Sequence record: PZ386974.1 | DNA from: a phage | Length of the DNA: 64,000 bases | Direction: 5' to 3' (one strand) | Shown here: positions 38,450 through 48,052 of the stretch, piece by piece | How positions within the stretch are numbered: position 1 is the stretch's first letter | How the letters are laid out: each line of letters opens with the position of its first letter | Translations under genes and position numbers: made by a program | Notes under the pieces: generated by a model | What the model saw: only the letters and a program-made list of their open reading frames with translations | Databases searched by the model: none | Told to the model about the DNA's origin: nothing

Positions 38450-38710
38450 TTAAGCTTTACCGCCAGAAATAATTCCGAAGTTGTTAAAATCGTATCCAAT
38501 ATCGTCAACATCTACTTTAGGGCTTGCTACAACATAAGCAATTTCACTACGTTTTGCATAGGTGTTGATTTCTTTACCATCGCCACCTAAGAAAGAATAC
38601 CCATTACGCTTTAATGAGCCAAAGTCTTCCGCATCACCAATGAAAGCTTTAACTTTAAATTTAGGACCTTTGGCATCTGCTTCAATGATAAATTCTTGAT
38701 ACATTTTCAT
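38450..38710 (-). CDS. internal protein (IP) candidate with capsid-targeting sequence
   Basis: N-terminus MKMYQEFIIE. Confidence 0.65.
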   Translation of the reverse strand: MKMYQEFIIEADAKGPKFKVKAFIGDAEDFGSLKRNGYSFLGGDGKEINTYAKRSEIAYVVASPKVDVDDIGYDFNNFGIISGGKA

Positions 38711-38716
38711 TTTTCC

Positions 38717-39130
38717 TTAGTAAATTGATTTACCATAGTATTTGTACCAAGTCGGACGTTGAGCAATTTTTTCATCTAAGCGTGCTTGACTTATCGCAAT
38801 GGACGCTTCGGACGGGACGTAATTATTACGAAATTCGGCAGGGATGTCGGAAATATCCTGGACAGTCGTGTCCTTGATTTTGAAACCACGTTTCAAGCAT
38901 TCAGCGATTAGCTCGATTTGTCGTAAACGTAAAAATTCGAGTTTGTCGTAAAAGAATGTTACGTGACCTGTGCCTAAGATAAATGTTGGAGAGATTTTAA
39001 AATCCTTTACACGTTTACCGTTTTGAACATGTTTACGGACTGCACCAAATACGCGTGGTAATTCACGATACTCAGCCATAAGATGTTGGTCGGCCAGTTC
39101 AGAAACAAGCGTTAAATTGATACGGGTCAT
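38717..39130 (-). CDS. denV: endonuclease V (pyrimidine-dimer DNA glycosylase) DenV
   Basis: [34 protein letters not shown] matches T4 DenV; start set at MTRINL with GGAGG SD. Confidence 0.9.
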   Translation of the reverse strand: MTRINLTLVSELADQHLMAEYRELPRVFGAVRKHVQNGKRVKDFKISPTFILGTGHVTFFYDKLEFLRLRQIELIAECLKRGFKIKDTTVQDISDIPAEFRNNYVPSEASIAISQARLDEKIAQRPTWYKYYGKSIY

Positions 39131-39135
39131 AATTT

Positions 39136-39187
39136 CCTCCAAGTAGTTGATGAATGTATAGTATCAAAGTCCTTGGAGGAAGTAAAC
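39136..39187 (-). promoter_or_regulatory. early-type promoter (GTTTAC-N18-TACTAT) within inverted repeat CCTCCAAG/CTTGGAGG that contains the denV Shine-Dalgarno
   Basis: 8-bp perfect arms; -10 lies in the loop; the 3' arm is the SD. Confidence 0.5.
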
Positions 39188-39188
39188 A

Positions 39189-39485
39189 CTATTTTTCTGA
39201 AGCGCCTGAAATATATTTTTCAAGACGTTGTTTCATTAGCGAGCCGTTCTTAGCGATTTCTTCTGGTTTATCGCACATACGCAACAGTGCTTCAAGCTTA
39301 ACGATATCACTGGTGCGCTCAAATTTGCGAGTATCTATCTTACTAGCAAGTTCAGAAATACGTGCTAATAGACTTTCAGCTTCAACCAAAGCTGCACCTA
39401 GCTTAGTTGCAAATGTGTCGGTAGCTTCGTTAAGAATAGATTCTGATAAAAATTCACTATATGTTTTCATATATACGCTTTCCAA
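39189..39485 (-). CDS. internal protein (IP) candidate with capsid-targeting sequence
   Basis: N-terminus [10 protein letters not shown]. Confidence 0.65.
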   Translation of the reverse strand: MESVYMKTYSEFLSESILNEATDTFATKLGAALVEAESLLARISELASKIDTRKFERTSDIVKLEALLRMCDKPEEIAKNGSLMKQRLEKYISGASEK

Positions 39486-39955
39486 GTTCCTGTTTTAAAT
39501 GTTGAGATTACGCGTTTCGCGCGATTAGGTGTCTGACGATACCATTTAGATTGGGCTAGATTTACTGCCGCTTCGTCCCAACGTTTCTGTTGAAGCATAC
39601 GAAGAGAATTAGTAAAACCGGCGACGCCTGCTACACCCATTTGGAAGACCATATTGACCAACGCACATCGACGAACCGCATCTAAAGAATCATACACCGG
39701 TTTAAGTTTAGCATTACCCAAGATTCCGCGAACGGCTTTATCAACGTCTTCATTAAATAGCTTTTCAGCCTCATCAAGGGTAATTGTACCGTTGCATTTA
39801 CGACCGATCATTCTGTCAAGTTCAGCTTTAGCTACGGCTAAAGACGGGTTCTTTGTTACTAAATGGCCTATGCCAATCGTCCAAAAGCCTTCAGTGTCTT
39901 TGTATAAAGTCAGTCTAAGACCTTCGTCATTACGAAGCATTTCAAATATATTCAT
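39467..39955 (-). CDS. e: endolysin (T4 lysozyme, gene e)
   Basis: [32 protein letters not shown]...[15 protein letters not shown] matches T4 lysozyme; start at MNIFEML (39955). Confidence 0.92.
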   Translation of the reverse strand: MNIFEMLRNDEGLRLTLYKDTEGFWTIGIGHLVTKNPSLAVAKAELDRMIGRKCNGTITLDEAEKLFNEDVDKAVRGILGNAKLKPVYDSLDAVRRCALVNMVFQMGVAGVAGFTNSLRMLQQKRWDEAAVNLAQSKWYRQTPNRAKRVISTFKTGTWKAYI

Positions 39956-39989
39956 AATACCTCCCACGTTTATAGGAGGTATTTATTAC

Positions 39990-40448
39990 TTATAGGAGTG
40001 TAGTGAGCACCTTATATAATGATTTGCCCATTACATATTCCCATTGAGAAGGTTTAATTAAAGCGAATGCATCAAATTCAGGAATCTGTCGTCCGTCTGG
40101 GAATGTATGATAGGAATTACAAACACTGTTTCTGAATTGCTCGTGCTCTACAGGGATGGTATATAGGAACAGATGAATATTCTTATTGTCTGAGTAATGA
40201 TGTTCACCTAGGTCTTTCAGGAAGGCAGGGTCATATTGTGTAAACCCAGTTTCTTCTTCGCATTCACGAATAGCGGCTTCAATAGGAGATTCACCAGGCT
40301 CGACACGTCCTTTAGGAATATCCCACCGATGAGCTAAAGAACCTTTAGGACGAGAACCAGTTACACGCCCCATGAATAATTCTTTATCTTCGGTAAGGAA
40401 AATAATACCGGCTGATAGTTCTTTCACTTTATTTTTCTTACTCATCAT
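39990..40448 (-). CDS. nudE: Nudix hydrolase (NudE-like)
   Basis: Nudix box GRVEPGESPIEAAIRECEEETGF; position next to e as in T4. Confidence 0.75.
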   Translation of the reverse strand: MMSKKNKVKELSAGIIFLTEDKELFMGRVTGSRPKGSLAHRWDIPKGRVEPGESPIEAAIRECEEETGFTQYDPAFLKDLGEHHYSDNKNIHLFLYTIPVEHEQFRNSVCNSYHTFPDGRQIPEFDAFALIKPSQWEYVMGKSLYKVLTTLL

Positions 40449-40689
40449 CTCGGTCCCATGATTTGGCCATTAATTCGGACATAAATTCTTCAATGCGCGT
40501 TTCTTTAGATGGACTTTCACTATTAGAGACCGCAAGTTTGTAATCTGCAATAGGACAGAACATATCAAGGTCCATATTAAGGTCGTCTTTGATTTTTTCT
40601 TCTGACACATCTTTATCGTATGTGTACAGATAACTATCACATGATTCTGATTTAATGTAAATTGCTATACTCATCTCAAATTCCTGCAT
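40438..40689 (-). CDS. hypothetical protein (83 aa)
   Basis: ORF. Confidence 0.45.
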   Translation of the reverse strand: MQEFEMSIAIYIKSESCDSYLYTYDKDVSEEKIKDDLNMDLDMFCPIADYKLAVSNSESPSKETRIEEFMSELMAKSWDRDDE

Positions 40690-41162
40690 TCGGTAATAAA
40701 ACGTTCAACTTCGTTATTCTTGGCTTTTATCTTGTCTTTATGTTCTTGTAAACTACTTTTAATAAGATTAATAATGATGGCGGCGGTACCTCCACCAATT
40801 ATACCGCCAATTATACTTACGATACTAGATGCTAATAAGATAGCAATAATATCAACAAAACCGAAAGAACTCACCTTAGTACTGAAAAACCATATAGACG
40901 GTACAAATATAATCCATCCTGTTATCCATTGACACTTATTGAAAAACTTTTCAAGCTCAGCTTGAGTTGTTCGTATTACTTCATCGATAGGTTGATATCC
41001 ATTAATGTATCTGTTCACGATAATACCTGCTGGCTGGTCGATTTTAAATTCTTGGCAAATACGTTTAACTAAGTAGGATGGACATCCTGTCCAATCTACT
41101 GAATAGTATGAAATACCTTTATTGCCGTCGTCTATATTAGACCAATATGTTTTGTTAATCAT
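40671..41162 (-). CDS. membrane protein (163 aa)
   Basis: Two hydrophobic helices followed by a Gly-rich segment. Confidence 0.5.
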   Translation of the reverse strand: MINKTYWSNIDDGNKGISYYSVDWTGCPSYLVKRICQEFKIDQPAGIIVNRYINGYQPIDEVIRTTQAELEKFFNKCQWITGWIIFVPSIWFFSTKVSSFGFVDIIAILLASSIVSIIGGIIGGGTAAIIINLIKSSLQEHKDKIKAKNNEVERFITECRNLR

Positions 41163-41848
41163 TACCAGCCTTCCATAGGGAATTCCAGATAAACTTGAGC
41201 ATTGACACGAATTTCATTGGTAATCTTTTTAACTCGGTCTGTATTACGAGATACACGTCCGAACCAACGCCATCCATTACTAATTGCACGAGAACCAGTG
41301 TGCCATGTTTGCCAATCAAACTGAAGAAGAGTACGGTCTGGAGCTTCCCATTTCTCTAGTTCACCTTTTTCAATTTTTTCGAGGACTTCTTTGTGCCACT
41401 GGCGATAGATAAGTTCGCCATCAGGAATCTGACTGAACTCTGCAGTTCCTGTTGCAAAATGAGTAGGACACACATCAGCGTTAACAAGACCAAGAATATG
41501 TTCAGACAAATAGCGAGGATTGTCATAATCAGGTTGTCCTGCAGTAATAAAATGTTGTCCTGTTGGAATATCCGGGCGTGGTACGTCATCATGGTGATAA
41601 CCAGGAATAGCAGGATACCAACCAGGCATCAGCATATGGACTCGTGAATCAAATACTACATCCGAGTCTTTCCAATCGTCAGGAAGATTTTGGATAAAGC
41701 TACGAGTAATTGGACCGCCGTTATCAAAAGCAAAATTCAAATCGCAATTAAAGAACATAGGCTCGTTTTTAATCTGGTCATTTTTAATCGCATGAGCAAA
41801 ACCACCTACTGCACGAGCTTGACTATTAAACACTTTAGAACTATTCAT
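41162..41848 (-). CDS. hypothetical protein (228 aa)
   Basis: ORF with good coding character. Confidence 0.55.
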   Translation of the reverse strand: MNSSKVFNSQARAVGGFAHAIKNDQIKNEPMFFNCDLNFAFDNGGPITRSFIQNLPDDWKDSDVVFDSRVHMLMPGWYPAIPGYHHDDVPRPDIPTGQHFITAGQPDYDNPRYLSEHILGLVNADVCPTHFATGTAEFSQIPDGELIYRQWHKEVLEKIEKGELEKWEAPDRTLLQFDWQTWHTGSRAISNGWRWFGRVSRNTDRVKKITNEIRVNAQVYLEFPMEGW

Positions 41849-41849
41849 A

Positions 41850-42155
41850 TTATTTTCCTCGGCATTCTTTAATGAAATTTTCTAGATTGGTAGATTCAAT
41901 AGCTTTTTTACGAGCTTCGGCATGTTCTTCTTCAGACAATCTACATTTGTAATTGACCCAGACATTATGGTCGAAACTAGTTGTGGCATATAATAACAAT
42001 GCTCCAACGAATAGCAAAAACGGCGATAAGAATACAAAACCAGGAACACCATCCATATCGTACGCCTTTTGTAATACTGCAACAGAAAGAGCTGCGTAAA
42101 AAGGTGATGCAAATATTGTTAAAAGACCAATTCGGTTGGTTTCGCCTAATTTCAT
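41850..42155 (-). CDS. membrane protein (101 aa)
   Basis: Two TM helices. Confidence 0.5.
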   Translation of the reverse strand: MKLGETNRIGLLTIFASPFYAALSVAVLQKAYDMDGVPGFVFLSPFLLFVGALLLYATTSFDHNVWVNYKCRLSEEEHAEARKKAIESTNLENFIKECRGK

Positions 42156-42186
42156 AATATTCTCCTCATGTTTTAATAGGACTACT

Positions 42187-42223
42187 ATAACATAATCCTA
42201 TAATTGTGTAAACAGTTTTGCGA
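42187..42223 (-). promoter_or_regulatory. early-type promoter GTTTAC-N18-TATAGT with inverted repeat around -10
   Basis: TAGGACTACTATAACATAATCCTA on plus strand. Confidence 0.45.
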
Positions 42224-42225
42224 AA

Positions 42226-43182
42226 TTATTTGAAAGGTTTTACCATATGGAAATTTTGTTTGAAACGTTTGACGTAATCGTCATGTCCTAAACTTTGGTA
42301 CATACTTACTACTTTGCTGTAGTTTTCCCAGGCATATTCACGGAACCAACCGGAGGTGATGCTTGTACAGACTTTTTCCAATGCCATCATAAAACTGGCT
42401 TCAGGGTTAATTTTAAAGTCATTAGGAATTTGAGAACGTTCTAATGCTAGTACACATGATTCTTCGTATACGCCGGCCAATTTGACCATTTCTGGTAATG
42501 ATTCGAACTTCTCGCGTGAGGTCATGACTTCAGAACCATCTTTCATATAAAATGTATACGCTGGACGGTCTGTTAGTGCAATGGCTTCATGAATAGTATC
42601 ATGGTCATATGTATAGATGTCATCTTTAAAGAACGCACTTTTAGAAGTGTCAAGAACAGGGTGAGCATAGTTCAAGGTTTCTTTCTGGCGTTTCAGCATA
42701 ATTTCAGTAAGTTCATCGTTCAGCGTAACACCTTTACCACGAAGATACTGAATATGGTTCATAGTCTTTAAAAAGAATGGGTTATTTTTCTTGAAACGAT
42801 GAGACATCTTAATTGCAAGACATATCTCAGGAGTTGCCCAGTAAAACCCGTTCAAACGGTCTTTAGTCAAATTTTTCTTGGCGTATTTTAAAAGGTCATA
42901 AGAAGACGTGAAATCTTCAGGAGTGAGTTCACCGACTAATTCACGGACATTAGTGATTGCCGGAACGATATATGCTTCAAAATGAGTTTCGCGTCCATTA
43001 TGGAAGCATTTGAAAACTTGGACATCAGGGTTATCTTGGTGAACATATACACCCATCATTTGATTTTTGAATGCATTCCAAGAACATTGGTCCGCAATAA
43101 AGTCCCAGTCACTATTTTTGATAGCGTTAGAATCAATAAGACCGTGATAGTGAAGTGCACGAGAACCAATAACTAACATCAT
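42226..43182 (-). CDS. hypothetical protein (318 aa)
   Basis: ORF. Confidence 0.55.
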   Translation of the reverse strand: MMLVIGSRALHYHGLIDSNAIKNSDWDFIADQCSWNAFKNQMMGVYVHQDNPDVQVFKCFHNGRETHFEAYIVPAITNVRELVGELTPEDFTSSYDLLKYAKKNLTKDRLNGFYWATPEICLAIKMSHRFKKNNPFFLKTMNHIQYLRGKGVTLNDELTEIMLKRQKETLNYAHPVLDTSKSAFFKDDIYTYDHDTIHEAIALTDRPAYTFYMKDGSEVMTSREKFESLPEMVKLAGVYEESCVLALERSQIPNDFKINPEASFMMALEKVCTSITSGWFREYAWENYSKVVSMYQSLGHDDYVKRFKQNFHMVKPFK

Positions 43183-43210
43183 AATATTTTCCTCGGATTA
43201 ATTCATTAAC

Positions 43211-43462
43211 TTAAATTTCACGACATGCGATATTATATTCATCCCAGAGGTCATCGTGTGAAGCCTCTACCAATGGAACGATTGTACCGTTTATGTCTTC
43301 ATTATAAGGGCAAATTGTACAGTGCGCATCTTCGAATCGGATGCCTTTGTGTTCAGATTTTTTATAACGCATATCGAATATCTTTGCAAACTTTTCACGA
43401 GTAATGGTTTTACCAACCACTTTGGTTCCGATACTTTCGTAATAAATCATTGTGGACTCCAT
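43211..43462 (-). CDS. hypothetical protein (83 aa)
   Basis: ORF. Confidence 0.5.
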   Translation of the reverse strand: MESTMIYYESIGTKVVGKTITREKFAKIFDMRYKKSEHKGIRFEDAHCTICPYNEDINGTIVPLVEASHDDLWDEYNIACREI

Positions 43463-43470
43463 TTGTTTTG

Positions 43471-43508
43471 ATAGGACTACTATAACATAGCCCTATCTTG
43501 TTGTAAAC
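43471..43508 (-). promoter_or_regulatory. early-type promoter GTTTAC-N18-TATAGT with inverted repeat ATAGGAC/GCCCTAT
   Basis: Member of the ATAGGAC-type element family. Confidence 0.45.
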
Positions 43509-43512
43509 TGTT

Positions 43513-43710
43513 TTAGCAAGAATAACTAGATGATACCCAGCCTTGAACAGTGATACTATTGTGGGATAATGAGATAGCGTCCTGGAGATTCAGACCTGCG
43601 TTATCTTCAATCCACAATGTAACTTCTTCACGCTCTTCGGTTGCAATTTGGAACAGGTTTTCCAGAGCAGCTACTGCCGTACGTACAGCACAATCTAATT
43701 CACGAGACAT
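43513..43710 (-). CDS. small protein with conserved C-terminal ...QGWVSSSYSC (65 aa)
   Basis: Shares C-terminal G-W-V-[AS]-S-S-x-x-C with the next two ORFs. Confidence 0.5.
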   Translation of the reverse strand: MSRELDCAVRTAVAALENLFQIATEEREEVTLWIEDNAGLNLQDAISLSHNSITVQGWVSSSYSC

Positions 43711-43719
43711 ATTGTTTCC

Positions 43720-43992
43720 TTAGCAAGTGTGAGAAGATGCTACCCAACCACCGGTTTCGAGGCTCAGGTTGTAGTCGTATTGATAAACGTCAGCCCATTC
43801 AGCATAACCGTTTTTTGTACAACGTTCAAGATCGGCTTTAAGCTGTCCGGGTGAATGATAGGTTCCACCCATACCATAAGCTGGATACAAGTCGAATGTT
43901 GTGTTTTGTTTATCAGCAATTTCTTTGGCAGCCTCAATAGCTGCATAGATTTTTGCTACAGCTTCAGCCAGCTCGGTTTGTTCTTTAGACAT
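43720..43992 (-). CDS. small protein with conserved C-terminal ...GGWVASSHTC (90 aa)
   Basis: Paralogous C-terminus. Confidence 0.5.
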   Translation of the reverse strand: MSKEQTELAEAVAKIYAAIEAAKEIADKQNTTFDLYPAYGMGGTYHSPGQLKADLERCTKNGYAEWADVYQYDYNLSLETGGWVASSHTC

Positions 43993-44001
43993 AATGATTC
44001 C

Positions 44002-44307
44002 TTAGCACAACGCAGAAGACGAAACCCAAGCACCTTCAGTAATAACGTAACCATTACCTTCACGCTTAACATCGCCACCATTATTTTCAATTTCGTTTTT
44101 CATCCACTGGGATACGATTTCACCCTTAGGATAATAAGTACGGCCGCTACCATAATCACCTACAGAAAACGATACTGCATATTGGTCTGCGATCTTTGTT
44201 GCTTCTTCTTCGATACGTTCAGCTTGATTCAGAAGTTTATAAATTGCATCTGAAGCGGATTTGGCATCATTAAACTCTGGTACTTTAATTTCAATAATCT
44301 TACTCAT
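44002..44307 (-). CDS. small protein with conserved C-terminal ...GAWVSSSALC (101 aa)
   Basis: Paralogous C-terminus. Confidence 0.5.
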   Translation of the reverse strand: MSKIIEIKVPEFNDAKSASDAIYKLLNQAERIEEEATKIADQYAVSFSVGDYGSGRTYYPKGEIVSQWMKNEIENNGGDVKREGNGYVITEGAWVSSSALC

Positions 44308-44405
44308 TTTCTACATTCCTTAATAAAGTTTTCGATTGTTTCATTTTCACGTCTAGCTAGGAGTTCATTATAACTAATCATTTGAGAAGCGTAAACAGTA
44401 TAAAT

Positions 44406-44828
44406 TCAGTTCAGGCTTTTGCATCTTATCTCCTTAACGAATTCCATAGCTTCTTCGTATTCATACTTTTTAACAGCTTCATCATACTGAGCTTGGGCTT
44501 TTGCGCACTGAACTTTCCATTCTCTTAATCGGGCTCTGTGATGACGGCCTTGGTACCAATATCCCACCCAGTTAATAGGCATTAATAAAAATGGCACAAT
44601 AAACGACCCGGCTATAATAAGTAAAAACACTGCATCAGACGATATAACTTCACTAGAATCTAAAACAGCTCCTATAATCATAAAGATTAAAAATGCTAAA
44701 GCTAAAATAGGGCCAAATAGTACTTCATTTGGGATTAATTTACGCTTATATTCATACGCCCAGGGCTTACTTGGCATGTATAGGGTTGGCTTTGACATAT
44801 TCTCTACATTCCATAATAAATTGCTCAA
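44406..44828 (-). CDS. membrane protein (start may be internal)
   Basis: Two TM helices; the track start overlaps the upstream gene by ~60 nt. Confidence 0.45.
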   Translation of the reverse strand: MSNLLWNVENMSKPTLYMPSKPWAYEYKRKLIPNEVLFGPILALAFLIFMIIGAVLDSSEVISSDAVFLLIIAGSFIVPFLLMPINWVGYWYQGRHHRARLREWKVQCAKAQAQYDEAVKKYEYEEAMEFVKEIRCKSLN

Positions 44829-45384
44829 GGATTAAATTGTTAGTGAAATTAGGACTAACAACCATAGTTTCATAAAGCGCATCAATAGCACTTAAAGCAT
44901 CAACTCTTTTAAGCAAAGGCTTGCCTTCATACATAGTTTCAGAATCGATGATTAACGTAAAGTAATATTTTTTATTATCGACTAGAACTTCTGTATCGAT
45001 ATAAAACATATTAGACCTCAGAAGCTTATCTCTAAAACCATAATAATCTTCTGAACGTTCACTGATATATTCCAATTCGGTGTTTAAACAACAAACAGAC
45101 CACGTAGGAGCGACGAAATCAGTGAATCTAATATCATGGTCTGCGACTAGTTTAGCAATAGCTCCGATATCATGAATCATAATACCTGGGGCTAATAAAG
45201 ATTTTCGGCGATTTGCGTATTCAGTTGTCTCATAAGAAGCTGACCAGTACCATTTACGTCCAGTTGCAACATATCGTAATGAATCAACTAAAGACGTAGG
45301 TGGATTTACCTTATCTCGGAACTCTTCGAACATTGAGTCAATATCATTATTTTGGTTTCGCATGTTAACTCCTTTATTATCCAA
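44767..45384 (-). CDS. hypothetical protein (205 aa)
   Basis: ORF. Confidence 0.5.
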   Translation of the reverse strand: MDNKGVNMRNQNNDIDSMFEEFRDKVNPPTSLVDSLRYVATGRKWYWSASYETTEYANRRKSLLAPGIMIHDIGAIAKLVADHDIRFTDFVAPTWSVCCLNTELEYISERSEDYYGFRDKLLRSNMFYIDTEVLVDNKKYYFTLIIDSETMYEGKPLLKRVDALSAIDALYETMVVSPNFTNNLILEQFIMECREYVKANPIHAK

Positions 45385-45386
45385 AA

Positions 45387-45410
45387 GGAGGACCGGAGTC
45401 CTCCGTATTA
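45387..45410 (-). terminator. putative intrinsic terminator (GGAGGAC-CGGA-GTCCTCC hairpin)
   Basis: 7-bp stem with T-rich flanks on both strands. Confidence 0.45.
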
Positions 45411-45412
45411 TT

Positions 45413-46021
45413 TTATTTCAAAGAGTTAATATATTCTTGTACATCAGCAGAAGTGGTTTCGACACCGGCTGGAGTACCATTGAATGTTTCAACACGAGTC
45501 AGAGTGTCTTCGATATCAACCTTAGTCAGTGCAGCGATTTCAATTACATCATCGGCCGTAGAGATACCAAGGGCATTGGCTGCTCGAGTTTCACGAATGT
45601 ATTCGAGTTTGATTGCCAGATTCTGACGAGCATCATCAAGTTCAACCACCTTACGAGCAATTTCAATTCGCATAGCGGCATACCCGTCAGCTTTTGTATT
45701 AAGTTGTTCGGCAGTTCGACGATACAGAAGACCAAGCTTAGCATGCATGGTAACATCTTGTCCTTCAGCCAGGAGCTTACGAATTTCACGTTCCTTAGAA
45801 GCGGCTTGCTTATTCTTTTCGATAACAAGTTCGCGAATACGTTTTTCTTCATTAATAGATTTAACAGAAGCCGTTTTTAGTTCTTTGATTTGGGTAATCA
45901 ACTTATCTGCAGCTGCATTATACTGTTCTTCGACAGTCAGATTTTTAGCCATAGCAGTACCCAGTTTAGTGCGGATGAATTCAACAAGTTTCTTCAGTGT
46001 GTTCATATTATTACCTTTCAA
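45413..46021 (-). CDS. coiled-coil protein (202 aa), possibly PspA/IM30-like
   Basis: Largely alpha-helical, charged heptad-like composition; family assignment tentative. Confidence 0.5.
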   Translation of the reverse strand: MKGNNMNTLKKLVEFIRTKLGTAMAKNLTVEEQYNAAADKLITQIKELKTASVKSINEEKRIRELVIEKNKQAASKEREIRKLLAEGQDVTMHAKLGLLYRRTAEQLNTKADGYAAMRIEIARKVVELDDARQNLAIKLEYIRETRAANALGISTADDVIEIAALTKVDIEDTLTRVETFNGTPAGVETTSADVQEYINSLK

Positions 46022-46041
46022 TTGGTGGTTTATTATCCAAC

Positions 46042-46077
46042 GAGAGCATTATACTCTGCTCTCAAGAGTTTGTAAAT
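46042..46077 (-). promoter_or_regulatory. early-type promoter (ATTTAC-N18-TATAAT) with 7-bp inverted repeat GAGAGCA/TGCTCTC around -10
   Basis: Near-identical to the 16636..16673 element. Confidence 0.5.
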
Positions 46078-46304
46078 TATTTTTTAATCAAATTGACATA
46101 AAACTTGGCGTCTTCGGGGTGCATGCCTTCGCAGTATTCTTCAACCATGAACTTCTTAACAGCTTCATAAGGACCGCTAAGATTAAGCTCAGTTGTCCAG
46201 AACTTGGAATCTTGTACTGAATCGATACGAACTTCAGGGTGACGGTTGCGAATAACTTCTTCAGTGTATTCATAATCAACGACATCAATACTAACTTTAG
46301 CCAT
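46077..46304 (-). CDS. hypothetical protein (75 aa)
   Basis: ORF. Confidence 0.45.
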   Translation of the reverse strand: MAKVSIDVVDYEYTEEVIRNRHPEVRIDSVQDSKFWTTELNLSGPYEAVKKFMVEEYCEGMHPEDAKFYVNLIKK

Positions 46305-46574
46305 TTTGTTTTCCTCTTGATTTGATAGGACTACTATAACATAAACTTACTTAGATGTAAATTATTTCAACGTCACCTTTAGCTGCTTTATAACCTTCAG
46401 CCCAAGATACAACAGAGTTTTTATCTGAGGATTCAAATTCAGGCATTGGACTTTCACCAATATTCACACAGTATGTTTCTTCATTTTCATCGAACCAAAT
46501 AATTAAAGTAGTCATTTTGTTTACTCCTCTGTAGTTGATAAGTCTATAGTATCACCATCCTTGGTGCTTGTACA

Positions 46575-47078
46575 TCATTTATTTTTAATTTTGCAAATTT
46601 TTTCTGCTTCAGCAATTGCAGCGTCAATGATGCTTTGTGCAATTTTATTACTAGTTGACCTGGCAATCACACTAAGAACAATTTCTTTTTCTTCACCACC
46701 CCAACCCCAAGTCCTTTGTTCGTGGGTACCTTTAACTACAGCTGAAACTTCAACAGAACGTCCACCATCAGAAGTTTTAACATCTACAACCCAATCACCA
46801 TCTTTCTCTTCTACCCTTGATTTATCCCAAGAAATACTAATATATGATTCGCTATCAATAGAAGTCGCCGGGTTTTTCTCTACCGTAAGACCTTCACTTT
46901 CCAGCCATTCAATAGTATTTGCGCATAAATCTGAAGAACACCTAATCGGAAACCGGCAAGATTTTTCACCTTTAGCTGCAGCGTTATACATCTTTTCTAA
47001 AATACGCTTTTGCACGTTTTTAAAAATAGTTTCAGCAGATTCTTCAGATTTTTTATTCAGTTCAGTGTAAAGACTCAT
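46575..47078 (-). CDS. hypothetical protein (167 aa)
   Basis: ORF. Confidence 0.5.
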   Translation of the reverse strand: MSLYTELNKKSEESAETIFKNVQKRILEKMYNAAAKGEKSCRFPIRCSSDLCANTIEWLESEGLTVEKNPATSIDSESYISISWDKSRVEEKDGDWVVDVKTSDGGRSVEVSAVVKGTHEQRTWGWGGEEKEIVLSVIARSTSNKIAQSIIDAAIAEAEKICKIKNK

Positions 47079-47168
47079 AATATTCTCCCCATGTTTTGAT
47101 AGGTCTATAGTAACACATCTAGGGAAGAAGTAAACATCTTTATGAAATATTTTTATGCCCTAGATACC

Positions 47169-47195
47169 AAAAAGCCCCAACCGTAAGGAAGGGGC
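47169..47195 (-). terminator. intrinsic terminator downstream of the IP-like gene
   Basis: AAAAAGCCCCAACCGTAAGGAAGGGGC on plus strand, i.e. hairpin then U-run on minus. Confidence 0.55.
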
Positions 47196-47201
47196 ATTCT
47201 A

Positions 47202-47666
47202 TTATTTAATTTGTTTAGCAGACCAGATACGGTCTTTAATAAGTTTTTGGATATCTTCAACATACTCAAGGCTATGAGCGTGAGGATTATCTTTGAAGCT
47301 ATGTGCTCGTGCCAGTTTCTGGCCTTCTGTTTTGATTACTAAAAGCTCTTTAAGAATTGCTTCATACTTAGAAATAATTCCTTTGGCGATATTTTTTTCT
47401 TGAGCGGCTTTAGGGTCCGCTTTTGGTGCAGGTGCTTTACCTGTAGCTTTCTGGAACAATTCACCTGATGCAGCTAGGCTTTTAAAAACTCGGCTAACAG
47501 TATTAGCATTAGTAAAACCTTCGGCTTTAAAATCTCTAATAAAACGGAAACGTTCTTCATCAGAGGCGTCTTTGTAAGAATATTTACCTGCTTGAATTGC
47601 TGCAATCGCAGCGGCTTTTACATCTGAACTAGATTGTTCAGTCAAAAATTCAGCGTATGATTTCAT
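47202..47666 (-). CDS. internal protein (IP) candidate with capsid-targeting sequence (154 aa)
   Basis: N-terminus MKSYAEFLTE. Confidence 0.6.
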   Translation of the reverse strand: MKSYAEFLTEQSSSDVKAAAIAAIQAGKYSYKDASDEERFRFIRDFKAEGFTNANTVSRVFKSLAASGELFQKATGKAPAPKADPKAAQEKNIAKGIISKYEAILKELLVIKTEGQKLARAHSFKDNPHAHSLEYVEDIQKLIKDRIWSAKQIK

Positions 47667-47710
47667 GTTGCTTTTCCTAAGTTAATTAACTTATCTATTT
47701 ATTATTATGC

Positions 47711-47740
47711 AAAAAAAAGCCCCAACCTTTCGGAAGGGGC
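47711..47740 (-). terminator. intrinsic terminator at the end of the tRNA/small-RNA transcription unit
   Basis: A8 followed by GCCCCAACCTTTCGGAAGGGGC on plus strand. Confidence 0.6.
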
Positions 47741-48052
47741 TATGCCTTGCGGCAACCTTGTCGGGGTTCCACCTGCTAAGGCAAGTGTTTGTACGAAACG
47801 CCGGGATTCGAACCCGGTTATTAAGTAGTTGACGCTACTCAATATTTTTAAAAGGCCATATCTCGACCATATCCGAACGTTCCGTCAAAAACGCTACTCG
47901 GCTTACGGCAAAGATATTTCCTCGAATCGATAATTCGGTGCGCCGTTTCTGCTGTGATGTAAGGGGATATTAACAAATCGTAAAGATTTATTAAGACCAG
48001 TCCTTACTCAGGGAGCATCAGTCCGACGACTTACCGGTAGCGACCCGGCTTC
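47741..48052 (-). ncRNA. structured non-coding region with a tRNA-like T-arm (candidate small stable RNA or degenerate tRNA)
   Basis: No ORF; minus-strand CCGGG-TTCGAAT-CCCGG at 47801..47817, 10-bp palindrome GGAACGTTCC, repeated GAGTAGCGT; no complete cloverleaf could be folded by eye. Confidence 0.3.

Noticed and set aside
45362-47070. Plus-strand ORFs 45362..45880, 45747..46220 and 46561..47070
   Set aside because: All lie antisense to minus-strand genes with better coding character; Ser/Phe/Leu-rich shadow translations.
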